From positions 2,996-66,995 of the forward strand of contig JANYBD010000056.1 in the NCBI GenBank assembly GCA_025360995.1: DNA of 64,000 nucleotides, read 5' to 3'. Origin of the DNA: Gemmatimonadota bacterium. Lineage in GTDB: Bacteria; Gemmatimonadota; Gemmatimonadetes; Gemmatimonadales; Gemmatimonadaceae. Both the position numbers and the translations under genes were made by a program. Below the pieces are notes generated by a model, which was given only the letters and a program-made list of their open reading frames with translations, was not told where the DNA came from and did no database searches. Shown piece after piece: positions 26,885 through 35,148 of the stretch. Within the stretch, counting starts at the first letter, position 1, and every line of letters starts with the position of its first letter.

Positions 26885-26900
26885 TGTGAAATTATTCACA
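26885..26900. promoter_or_regulatory. CRP/FNR-family binding site, TGTGA-N6-TCACA
   Basis: TGTGAAATTATTCACA read directly, centred about 82 nt upstream of the cupredoxin ATG. Confidence 0.45.
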
Positions 26901-26941
26901 ATACTGCCGAAACGCAAATATGCATTCCGGGTCACGGCCTC

Positions 26942-27670
26942 TTAAAACTTGGACTTTTTGCTCAATCTTGCAACAGAGTCTTCCAACACCCTCAAACGGG
27001 CCGAATCGACCACTTTCTTAGTGGGAATTCCCATTGGAGGCGGGGGAGCGGAGTCGGGCATCCCGGCCGCATATGCCGTGAGTACCCGCTCCATCCAAGC
27101 CCAGTCTTGAGCTCCAAAGAAGGACTTACCATTAATAATGAAAGCGGGAGTTCCCCGGACGCCGTGTCGCCGCGCCGCTTCGTCTGCCGCGTCGAGCCGC
27201 CTTTGGTGATCCTTTCGCGCCGCACACATCGCAAATTTCGCTGTATCGAGCTTTAACTCGGTGGCGTACTTCTGCAACGCGGCTGGAATGTCGGTCTCGC
27301 GCTTCCATTTGTCTTGACGCTCGAACAACAGCTCGTGCATCTCCCAAAAATGGCCCTGTTCTATGGCGCAAGTCATTGCTGCCGATCCCGCGACACTGCC
27401 GCGATGCCAGGCGAGATCAATTACGGTCAGTTGCACTTTCTTGCCGCCAACCCAGGTCATGCGAAGCGGCTCCGCAGCGCTTCGCGAAAACGTGCGACAA
27501 TCTTCGCAAACGAGATCGTCAAAGTACATCATCTTGATCGGAGCCTGCGCGTCGCCCTCCCGATACGCCACCGCCGCCGCGTCGGGGTCGGCGCCGGTCG
27601 TTGCGGTCGAACTGCAGGCGAACAGAAAGGTTGCCAGAACCGGGGCAAGGTATCGGTGAGAGGGTCGCAT
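26942..27670 (-). CDS. DsbA-family thiol:disulfide oxidoreductase, lipoprotein
   Basis: CEDC active site and thioredoxin-fold layout. The start MRPSHRYLAPVLATFLFACSS (27670) gives a lipobox. The ORF track extends to 27733. Confidence 0.75.
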   Translation of the reverse strand: MRPSHRYLAPVLATFLFACSSTATTGADPDAAAVAYREGDAQAPIKMMYFDDLVCEDCRTFSRSAAEPLRMTWVGGKKVQLTVIDLAWHRGSVAGSAAMTCAIEQGHFWEMHELLFERQDKWKRETDIPAALQKYATELKLDTAKFAMCAARKDHQRRLDAADEAARRHGVRGTPAFIINGKSFFGAQDWAWMERVLTAYAAGMPDSAPPPPMGIPTKKVVDSARLRVLEDSVARLSKKSKF

Positions 27671-27680
27671 ACCAACAAAT

Positions 27681-27709
27681 TTGACGAAAGGCCGCTTCGT
27701 CGCTAGTCT
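27681..27709 (+). promoter_or_regulatory. Candidate his operon promoter: TTGACG-17 nt-TAGTCT
   Basis: Read directly. The -10 box ends 7 nt before the leader-peptide ATG. Confidence 0.35.
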
Positions 27710-27716
27710 TGGTCCT

Positions 27717-27803
27717 ATGCGCCTCACCGCCATCCATCACGTGCACCGCCACCACGGCCAGTCGGGCCGGGGGATCGTCGTGTGTTTCCGGATGCTTGCG
27801 TAG
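27717..27803 (+). CDS. his operon leader peptide (28 aa, MRLTAIHHVHRHHGQSGRGIVVCFRMLA)
   Basis: Hand-translated. 5 His codons fall within 7 consecutive codons (27735-27755). It lies between a promoter-like element and a terminator, upstream of hisG. It is too short for the ORF track. Confidence 0.55.
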   Translation: MRLTAIHHVHRHHGQSGRGIVVCFRMLA

Positions 27804-27837
27804 CGCCTCTCCGAGATTTCACCGCCCGACCCTTCGG

Positions 27838-27863
27838 CTCGTCCAGACTGGACGGGCTTTTTT
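27838..27863 (+). terminator. Intrinsic terminator / attenuator in the his leader
   Basis: Stem CTCGTCC / GGACGGG (one G-U pair), loop AGACT, then C TTTTTT. It ends 40 nt before the hisG ATG. Confidence 0.6.
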
Positions 27864-27903
27864 CTTGGCGGTTGTTCGCAGTTAACCTCTGACAGACCAT
27901 ACC

Positions 27904-28770
27904 ATGCTTCGCATAGCGCTACCAAACAAAGGCCGACTCAACCAGGAATGCCGGGAATTGCTCGCCGACGCCGGTCTCGAAGTACGTGCATCCAGCGAGC
28001 GGGCGCTCACCGCTTCACTGGGAGGCGAATTCGAAGCGATCTTTGTGCGCGCTCAGGATATTCCCGAATTTGTCGCCGATGGGGCCGCGGATGCCGGCAT
28101 CACCGGTTGGGATCTGGTCAGCGAGTCCGAGCGCGGACTTGAATCCCGACTCGATCTCGCATTCGGGAACTGCCGCATTGTCGTCGCGGTACGCGACGAC
28201 AGTGATGTGCGGACCCTGGAAGACATCGGTGCAGGAGTACGGGTGGCCACTGTCTTCCCCAGGCTGACCCGGGCTTTTTTTGCGTCTGCCGGTCGCGCCG
28301 TTGAAATCGTTCCGATTTCCGGAGCCGTCGAAATCGCACCACACCTCGGAATTGCCGACATTATCGTTGACCTGACCTCGACTGGCTCCACGCTGCGCGT
28401 CAACGGATTGCGCGAAGTGGCCACGGTATTGGAGTCAAGTGCGCGCCTCATCACGGCCCGTGGTGACGGTGCCGCGCCCAGCGCGCGCGCAAGCGCTCTC
28501 GATGAACTTGTAATTTCGCTCCAGTCTGTCTTGGCAGCGCGAGGACAGCGCTACGTCATGGCAAACGTCCCGCGGGCAAAGCTCGATGAGGTGAAACGCG
28601 TTTTACCGGGCATCTCCGGCCCAACCATCATCGACCTCATGAATGGCGGGACGATGGTCGCGGTGCACGCAGTTGCCCCAGCCGAAACGATTTATAGAAC
28701 ACTCGCCGAACTCAAGCGACTTGGTGGCGAAGGCATTCTCGTCACAAGGATCGAGAGGTTAATGGCATGA
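27904..28770 (+). CDS. hisG: ATP phosphoribosyltransferase (long form)
   Basis: 288 aa. Has the MLRIALPNKGRL start and a C-terminal regulatory domain. Confidence 0.95.
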   Translation: MLRIALPNKGRLNQECRELLADAGLEVRASSERALTASLGGEFEAIFVRAQDIPEFVADGAADAGITGWDLVSESERGLESRLDLAFGNCRIVVAVRDDSDVRTLEDIGAGVRVATVFPRLTRAFFASAGRAVEIVPISGAVEIAPHLGIADIIVDLTSTGSTLRVNGLREVATVLESSARLITARGDGAAPSARASALDELVISLQSVLAARGQRYVMANVPRAKLDEVKRVLPGISGPTIIDLMNGGTMVAVHAVAPAETIYRTLAELKRLGGEGILVTRIERLMA

Positions 28771-30074
28771 ATGCCCTTTCTCTGGCCGTGCGTGGAACGT
28801 ACGGCGAGCTTACGGCAGCGCAACACGCAATTCTGTTTGACCGCGCAACGAGCTCCGACGACATGATTCGCGCCACCACCGCGGCCATACTGCAACGCGT
28901 GCGAATCGATGGCGACACTGCGCTGCGCGCACTCGCGCTCGAGTTCGATAACATCGCACTTGAGACATTCGAAATCCCGCGCATGCGCTGGCAATCCGCC
29001 TTGGCATCCCTGGATCCGAAACTCCGTAGTGCGCTCGAGCGTGCGGTCGCAAATATTCGGAGCGCGCACCAAGTCTTCCGGCCGGTGAATCGCGAATTCA
29101 CCACAACGGATGGCGTGACGATTAGTCGCCGAGCCACACCACTGCACCGCGTCGGTGTCTATGCGCCTGGTGGACGGGCAACTTACCCCAGTAGTCTGTT
29201 GATGGGTGTTGTGCCGGCCCGCGTGGCCGGTGTGGATGAAGTCATCGTTTGTTCTCCCCCGGCGCCCGATGGCGCGCCGTCTCCGGTGCTGCTCGCCGCG
29301 GCAGAGCTCGCCGGTGCCGACCGCGTGTTCGCGCTCGGTGGTGCCGGTGCTGTTGCCGCGATGGCCTATGGTACTGCAACCGTTCCGCGGGTCGATCGTA
29401 TTGTTGGTCCGGGTAACGCATGGGTTGCCGAAGCGAAACTACAAGTGGCCGGGGTCGTCGCCATAGATGCGCCGGCGGGCCCAAGCGAACTGCTAGTGAT
29501 CGCCGATGACTCAGCGGACGCTGACATCATCGCACGCGAATTGTTGGCGCAAGCCGAACACGACCCCATGGCAACAGTCGTGCTGGTGACTACCAGTATG
29601 TCACTCGTAGACCGTGTGGATAGCCGTCTCGCTGTGCTTGTTTCGGGCGCTGCACGTGAGTCGATCATTCGGCAGTCATTGGCGCGTCGGGGTGCCTTCA
29701 TTGTTGTTCCCGCACTCAATGACGCGTTGACCTTCGCATCCGATTTCGCCGCGGAACACGTGCTCGTTGTGTGCAGTGATGCTGAATCTGTGGCTGACCG
29801 CGTGCGGAATGCCGGCACCGTGTTCATCGGCGCCTATAGCAGTGTTGCGTTTGGCGACTACCTCACTGGAGCCAATCACGTTCTCCCGACTGGCGGCTTG
29901 GCCAGGAGTTATTCTGGATTGTCAACCATAGACTTCTATAGATGGACTACTCGGCAACGCATCAGCCAAAGCGCGGCCGCCGCGTTGGCAAGTGATGTGG
30001 GCACCTTGGCCGATGCGGAGGGGTTGCCCGCTCACGCGGCTGCGGCCCGCCACTGGCAGGAGAAATCTGCATGA
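28767..30074 (+). CDS. hisD: Histidinol dehydrogenase
   Basis: 435 aa with typical HisD blocks (GGAGAVAAMAYGT, QAEHDP). Overlaps hisG by 4 nt. Confidence 0.95.
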   Translation: MNALSLAVRGTYGELTAAQHAILFDRATSSDDMIRATTAAILQRVRIDGDTALRALALEFDNIALETFEIPRMRWQSALASLDPKLRSALERAVANIRSAHQVFRPVNREFTTTDGVTISRRATPLHRVGVYAPGGRATYPSSLLMGVVPARVAGVDEVIVCSPPAPDGAPSPVLLAAAELAGADRVFALGGAGAVAAMAYGTATVPRVDRIVGPGNAWVAEAKLQVAGVVAIDAPAGPSELLVIADDSADADIIARELLAQAEHDPMATVVLVTTSMSLVDRVDSRLAVLVSGAARESIIRQSLARRGAFIVVPALNDALTFASDFAAEHVLVVCSDAESVADRVRNAGTVFIGAYSSVAFGDYLTGANHVLPTGGLARSYSGLSTIDFYRWTTRQRISQSAAAALASDVGTLADAEGLPAHAAAARHWQEKSA

Positions 30075-31132
30075 CCCAACGTCGTGCCGATCAACTCGCC
30101 CGCGAAGGTTTCAACGCGATCCCACGATATAGCTCGGGAGCCGACGTGGAGATCGATCTCAGTGACAACACCAATGCGTGGGGTACACCACCTGCGGCAC
30201 GTAGCGTGCTCCGTGCCGCAGCGGGAACAGGCGCTGCGCGCTATCCCGATCTGTATGGCGAATCACTCAAACGCACCGTCGCCGATCGGGCTGGCATTTC
30301 ACCGGCATGCGTCGTTACCGGAAACGGATCTGACGATGTGTTGGACTGCGCCATCCGCGCGTTTGCGGCACCCGGCGACACCATTGCGCACCCGGATCCC
30401 ACTTTTGTGATGCTCCCTGTATTTTCGCGCATCAACAATATCCGGCCGGTGCCCGTTCCACTGACGGCGGACTACGCCATGGATGCCGATGCGCTTCTGG
30501 CGACCGGGGCCCGAATTATTTATCTCTGCTCACCGAATAACCCGACCGGCACGGCTACACCTGCCGATGTGATACGCAAAGTGATTGCGCACGCACCCGG
30601 GTTAGTCATCGTTGATGAGGCGTACGCCGAGTTTGCCGGAGTTCCGGGCCTCTTGTCCGAAGCACCCTCGCTTGAGCGCGTACTGGTCTGTCGGACGTTC
30701 TCCAAAGCTTACGGACTTGCTGGGTTGCGTGTGGGGTATGGGACCGCAACGCCAGCGATTATCGAAACAATCGAACGGTCTCGCGGACCGTACAAGCTGA
30801 ACATTTTTGCCGAACGCGCGGCCGTCGCAGCAATGACGGACGACGCGGGGTGGGTGGTTGAGCGCGCGGCTGAAGCGGTCGCGAATCGAGTTCGGCTTAG
30901 CGATGCCCTCTCAGCAATGGGGCTCAGCGCATTGCCATCGGCGACAAATTTCCTGCTGGTTCCTACGCCAAAAACTGTTGTGCTCGCGGCACGGCTCCGA
31001 GCGAACGGAATTGGTATTCGCGCGTTTCAAAACTTGCCCGGACTTGGCGATGCAATGCGCATCACCGCCGGGCCGTGGCCGGTTATGGAGCGAGTGCTCA
31101 GCGTCATTGCCGACGGCTTGGAGGGTTCGTAG
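30071..31132 (+). CDS. hisC: Histidinol-phosphate aminotransferase
   Basis: Class II aminotransferase (CSPNNPTG, FSKAYGLAGLRVGY). Confidence 0.9.
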   Translation: MTQRRADQLAREGFNAIPRYSSGADVEIDLSDNTNAWGTPPAARSVLRAAAGTGAARYPDLYGESLKRTVADRAGISPACVVTGNGSDDVLDCAIRAFAAPGDTIAHPDPTFVMLPVFSRINNIRPVPVPLTADYAMDADALLATGARIIYLCSPNNPTGTATPADVIRKVIAHAPGLVIVDEAYAEFAGVPGLLSEAPSLERVLVCRTFSKAYGLAGLRVGYGTATPAIIETIERSRGPYKLNIFAERAAVAAMTDDAGWVVERAAEAVANRVRLSDALSAMGLSALPSATNFLLVPTPKTVVLAARLRANGIGIRAFQNLPGLGDAMRITAGPWPVMERVLSVIADGLEGS

Positions 31133-31722
31133 TGCGTATTACCGTGTTCGACTATGGCGCCGGCAACCTCCACTCGCTCACCAAATCACTGGGCGGCGAG
31201 GGTCGGGACGTAACGCTTGTCAGCAATCCGCAATTGGCACTCGACACAGACGTCCTGATACTTCCGGGCGTTGGTGCGTTCGCTCCTGCCGTTGCGGCAA
31301 TGGCCGCGGCGCGCGACATCATGCGGTCCGCGCTGCAGGCGGGGCTTCCCTGTCTCGGGGTTTGTCTCGGCATGCAACTGTTGTTCGAGTCAAGCGACGA
31401 GGGTGACGGAGAGGGCCTCGCAATTTTCGGTGGCCGTGTGGAGCGACTACGCGCACAACATGTGCCACAGATCGGCTGGAATGACATTGAAGACGTAAAC
31501 GATCTACTGTTCGCACGATCCAGCCTGCGGACCGCATACTATGCGAACAGTTTCGTCTGCCGTCCAACCGATCCGACAGTGGTGACCGCGTGGTCGACAC
31601 ACGACGGCGATCGTTTTCCGGCAGCCGTTCGGGCCGGAAATGTGGTAGGCGTGCAATTCCATCCAGAGAAAAGCTCAACACCAGGCGTGCGATTCATCGA
31701 GGAGTTTTTGCAGACATGTTAG
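31132..31722 (+). CDS. hisH: Imidazole glycerol phosphate synthase, glutaminase subunit
   Basis: Contains VRITVFDYGAGNLHS, GVCLGMQ and HPEKS. The GTG start overlaps the hisC stop by 1 nt (TAGTG). Confidence 0.9.
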   Translation: MRITVFDYGAGNLHSLTKSLGGEGRDVTLVSNPQLALDTDVLILPGVGAFAPAVAAMAAARDIMRSALQAGLPCLGVCLGMQLLFESSDEGDGEGLAIFGGRVERLRAQHVPQIGWNDIEDVNDLLFARSSLRTAYYANSFVCRPTDPTVVTAWSTHDGDRFPAAVRAGNVVGVQFHPEKSSTPGVRFIEEFLQTC

Positions 31723-32429
31723 CGATTCCAGCGTTGGATTTACGCGACGGGCATGTCGTGCAATTGATCGGTGGAGACTACGCCCATGAGAGTATTCGCC
31801 TCGAGCGGCCGCGTGACGTGGCCCGTGAGTGGAGCCACCATGGTTTCCACCGGCTACACATCGTCGACCTCGACGCAGCCACCGCACGGGGATCCAATCG
31901 GCAAGTGGTTCGTGATCTGCTCGCCGACAAGATTTGTCCGATGCAAGTCGGTGGCGGTGTTCGCACGGACGACGACATTCGCTCCTTGGTTGATGACGGA
32001 GCGGATTGGGTGATCGTCGGCACGCGAGCGCTCGAGGAACCGGCGTGGCTCGAAGAGACCGCGGCGAACTTCCCGGGACGTCTCATTGTCGCGGCAGATG
32101 TGCGTGAGCGAAACGTGGTGACCCGTGGGTGGTCGCGGCAACTACGACGCACCATTCTGGATGTGGTTGACGATATGCGTGGCCTTGCCCTCGGCGGCTT
32201 GCTGGTCACGGCCGTGCATCGCGAAGGGTTACTGCAAGGCACGGACCTCCCGCTCATGGAAGACGTGGCCGAAGCGAGCGCATGGCCGGTGCATGCATCA
32301 GGCGGTATTGCCACGATGGCCGATCTTCGAGCACTTGACGAGCGCGGCATCGCGGGCGTTGTGATAGGAATGGCACTCTATACCGGAACACTCGACCCGC
32401 GCATTGTCGCGGAGGAGTTCGCGCAATGA
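31716..32429 (+). CDS. hisA: ProFAR isomerase
   Basis: MLAIPALDLRDG start, (beta/alpha)8 family. Overlaps hisH by 7 nt. Confidence 0.9.
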   Translation: MLAIPALDLRDGHVVQLIGGDYAHESIRLERPRDVAREWSHHGFHRLHIVDLDAATARGSNRQVVRDLLADKICPMQVGGGVRTDDDIRSLVDDGADWVIVGTRALEEPAWLEETAANFPGRLIVAADVRERNVVTRGWSRQLRRTILDVVDDMRGLALGGLLVTAVHREGLLQGTDLPLMEDVAEASAWPVHASGGIATMADLRALDERGIAGVVIGMALYTGTLDPRIVAEEFAQ

Positions 32430-32971
32430 CGTCATCGAAAATTGTGGAACGCAACACTGCCGAAACGCGCATCCGTGTCGAGGTCGCACCGGGAACCGGG
32501 CTCGCGCGTGTCGCGACGTCCGTGCCATTTCTTGATCACATGTTAGTGGCATTGGCAAAATACAGCGGCCTGGATCTCACGGTCGCGGCCTCTGGTGATT
32601 TGCGGCATCATATCATTGAAGACGTTGGCCTCACGGTCGGTGCAGCGATTGCAGCGGCCGTCCCGGTTGGCGCGGCGCGGTACGGGGAACACACCGTACC
32701 GATGGACGATGCACTGGTGCAGGCCGTGATCGATGTCGGGGGTCGTCCGTTCTATCAAGGTCCACTGCCGAGTTCACTCTACGAGCACTGGATGCGTTCC
32801 TTCTGTGATGCCGGAAAGTTTACGCTTCACCTCCGGGTGTTGCGAGGCGACGATCGCCATCATGTTGTCGAAGCGGCATTCAAGGCGCTCGGGTTTTCGC
32901 TGAGACAGGCGCTGGCTGACGGCGGCACCGTGATGAGCACCAAAGGCACCGTCTCCGTGGAACACGCGTGA
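32426..32971 (+). CDS. hisB: Imidazoleglycerol-phosphate dehydratase (monofunctional)
   Basis: Contains RNTAETRI, FLDHML and HHIIED motifs. 181 aa, with no phosphatase domain. Confidence 0.9.
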   Translation: MTSSKIVERNTAETRIRVEVAPGTGLARVATSVPFLDHMLVALAKYSGLDLTVAASGDLRHHIIEDVGLTVGAAIAAAVPVGAARYGEHTVPMDDALVQAVIDVGGRPFYQGPLPSSLYEHWMRSFCDAGKFTLHLRVLRGDDRHHVVEAAFKALGFSLRQALADGGTVMSTKGTVSVEHA

Positions 32972-33732
32972 GCTTGTCCCGTCGTGTCATCGTGTGTCTC
33001 GACGTAAGAGACGGTCGGGTCGTAAAGGGAGTGCAGTTTGAGGGTTTGCGCGAGGTTGGCGACCCTGTCGAGCTCGCGCAGCATTATGAGCGTGACGGTG
33101 CCGACGAGATCACGTTTCTCGATATTTCGGCGACGATTGACGCGCGAGCCACACTCTTCGATCTCGTCCGGCGCACCGCGGAGCAGCTGTTCATTCCTCT
33201 AACGGTAGGTGGTGGGATTCGTACGGTGGACGATATCGCCGCGGCACTTCGCGCCGGCGCCGACAAGGTCAGTGTGAACTCAGCGGCGGTATATTCGCCG
33301 GAGATTCTTGCTGAAGGGGCCGCACGTTTTGGGACACAGTGCATCGTCGCGAGTATCGATGCCAAGCGCGAGGGGACTTCGTGGCGCGTGTATACGTCGG
33401 GCGGCAAGCGTCGCACGGAGCTCGACGCCATCGAATGGGCACACTACTGCGTTGCCCAAGGTGCCGGTGAGATACTTCTCACCAGCATTGATCAGGACGG
33501 ATCCCGCAACGGATACGACCTCGCGCTCACGCACGCGGTGGCGTCAACCGTTACGGTTCCGGTGATTGCCAGTGGCGGTGCCGGCGTGGCATCGCATATC
33601 TGTGATGCCATCGCCATTGGCGCGGCTGATGCGGTGCTCGTCGCGGGGATTCTCCACGACAGAGTCAGCACGGTTGGTGCGCTCAAGCGCGCCCTGCGTG
33701 ACGCTGGTCAATCCGTGCGGCTGGTCGCATGA
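32968..33732 (+). CDS. hisF: Imidazole glycerol phosphate synthase, cyclase subunit
   Basis: Contains RVIVCLDV..GRVVKG and GGGIR motifs. Confidence 0.95.
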   Translation: MSLSRRVIVCLDVRDGRVVKGVQFEGLREVGDPVELAQHYERDGADEITFLDISATIDARATLFDLVRRTAEQLFIPLTVGGGIRTVDDIAAALRAGADKVSVNSAAVYSPEILAEGAARFGTQCIVASIDAKREGTSWRVYTSGGKRRTELDAIEWAHYCVAQGAGEILLTSIDQDGSRNGYDLALTHAVASTVTVPVIASGGAGVASHICDAIAIGAADAVLVAGILHDRVSTVGALKRALRDAGQSVRLVA

Positions 33733-34505
33733 GCGAATCTCTCGAATCGCTGATGCAGGCCGCGCAAGAAGCGGCGCGGCTCGCCGGGCGCTATGCCTTG
33801 CAATATTATCGCAGCAATATTTCGGTGGACATCAAGGGTGATGGCAGCCCCGTGACTGAAGCCGATCGCGGAGCCGAGCGGGCAGTTCGTGATTGGATCA
33901 ACAAACGATTTCCGAATGACGGGATTTTCGGTGAGGAGTTTGGAGAACGTATTGGCACCAGTGGTCGCCGCTGGGTGCTTGATCCCATCGACGGTACCAA
34001 AAACTTTGTGCGGGGCGTGCCGTTGTGGGGATCACTCGTTGCGGTGATTGACGTCGAACACGTAGTGGCCGGAGCGGCTTGCTTCCCGGCAGTAGATGAG
34101 ACGATCAGCGCCGCACGCGGGTGCGGCGCATGGAATAACAATGTCCGTGCCGCGGTAAGCACTGTGGACGATGTCCGGTCGGCAACGGTGCTGATCACCG
34201 ATGATCGCGAGCTCGGCGAGTGTCTGACCCACACGACGTGGAACGCCGTTGCCAACAACGCCGCCGTCTATCGCACTTGGGGCGATTGCTTTGGCTATTT
34301 GCTTGTCGCCACCGGCCGCGCCGACGTGATGGTTGATCCGCGAGCCAACCTGTGGGACGTGGCCTGCTTCCAGCCCATCATTGAGGAAGCCGGCGGTGTT
34401 TTTACCGACCTCCTTGGCGTGCCAACGGCGTTCGGTGGTCATGCCATCGCCACCAATGCTGCGCTTGCCGTCCGTGTGCGCGCCGAACTTGGCATCGGTA
34501 CATGA
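33729..34505 (+). CDS. hisN: Inositol-monophosphatase-family protein, probable histidinol-phosphate phosphatase
   Basis: IMPase motifs GEE, WVLDPIDGTKNF and WGDCFGYLLVATGRAD. It sits inside the his operon, where no other HolP phosphatase is encoded. Confidence 0.7.
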   Translation: MSESLESLMQAAQEAARLAGRYALQYYRSNISVDIKGDGSPVTEADRGAERAVRDWINKRFPNDGIFGEEFGERIGTSGRRWVLDPIDGTKNFVRGVPLWGSLVAVIDVEHVVAGAACFPAVDETISAARGCGAWNNNVRAAVSTVDDVRSATVLITDDRELGECLTHTTWNAVANNAAVYRTWGDCFGYLLVATGRADVMVDPRANLWDVACFQPIIEEAGGVFTDLLGVPTAFGGHAIATNAALAVRVRAELGIGT

Positions 34506-34554
34506 AGGGAGACTCCGCGCTTTTTTCCACCCGTTTTCTACAGGCAGAACCAGG

Positions 34555-35148
34555 ATGAATCTCGACGCGCTCAATTTTGAGAAGGGCAGTGGCCTCGTCA
34601 GCGTGGTCACCCAGGATGCGCAGAGCGGGCAGGTGTTGATGCAAGCGTTCGCGAGCCGGGAAGCTTTGGAGCGCACACTGGCGACCGGGCAAATGCATTA
34701 TCACTCGCGCACGCGTGGCCTCTGGCACAAGGGAGCGTCGAGCGGCAACACCCAACAGGTGATATCCCTAACCGCGGATTGCGATGGCGATACCATCCTT
34801 GCCCGGGTGATTCCGGCCGGTCCGGCATGTCACACGGGCACCGTCACTTGTTTTGGTGACGTTGCCGCCGATACACTCGGTGAGCTTGATGCAATGATCG
34901 ACAGCAGATCTGTGGTGCCGCCATCCGCCACGGTCAGCTATACCGCTAGGTTACTCGGCGACCGGAACCTTCGCCTCAAGAAAATCGGCGAGGAATCCAG
35001 TGAGTTTGTCACGGCGTGTGCGGACGGGGACGCGGTGCGCGCTACCGAAGAGGCGGCCGACCTGCTGTATCATATGCTGGTCGCGTTGCACGCCGTCGGC
35101 GGTTCGCTCGACGGGGTGCGTAGCGAATTGCGCGCTAGAACGAAGTAA
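34555..35148 (+). CDS. hisIE: Bifunctional phosphoribosyl-AMP cyclohydrolase / phosphoribosyl-ATP pyrophosphatase
   Basis: HisI block (LVSVVTQD...VLMQAF...HYHSRTRGLWHKG..SGN) followed by a HisE block (LYHMLVAL). The internal ATG at 34555 is chosen because the upstream part of the ORF overlaps hisN. Confidence 0.9.
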   Translation: MNLDALNFEKGSGLVSVVTQDAQSGQVLMQAFASREALERTLATGQMHYHSRTRGLWHKGASSGNTQQVISLTADCDGDTILARVIPAGPACHTGTVTCFGDVAADTLGELDAMIDSRSVVPPSATVSYTARLLGDRNLRLKKIGEESSEFVTACADGDAVRATEEAADLLYHMLVALHAVGGSLDGVRSELRARTK

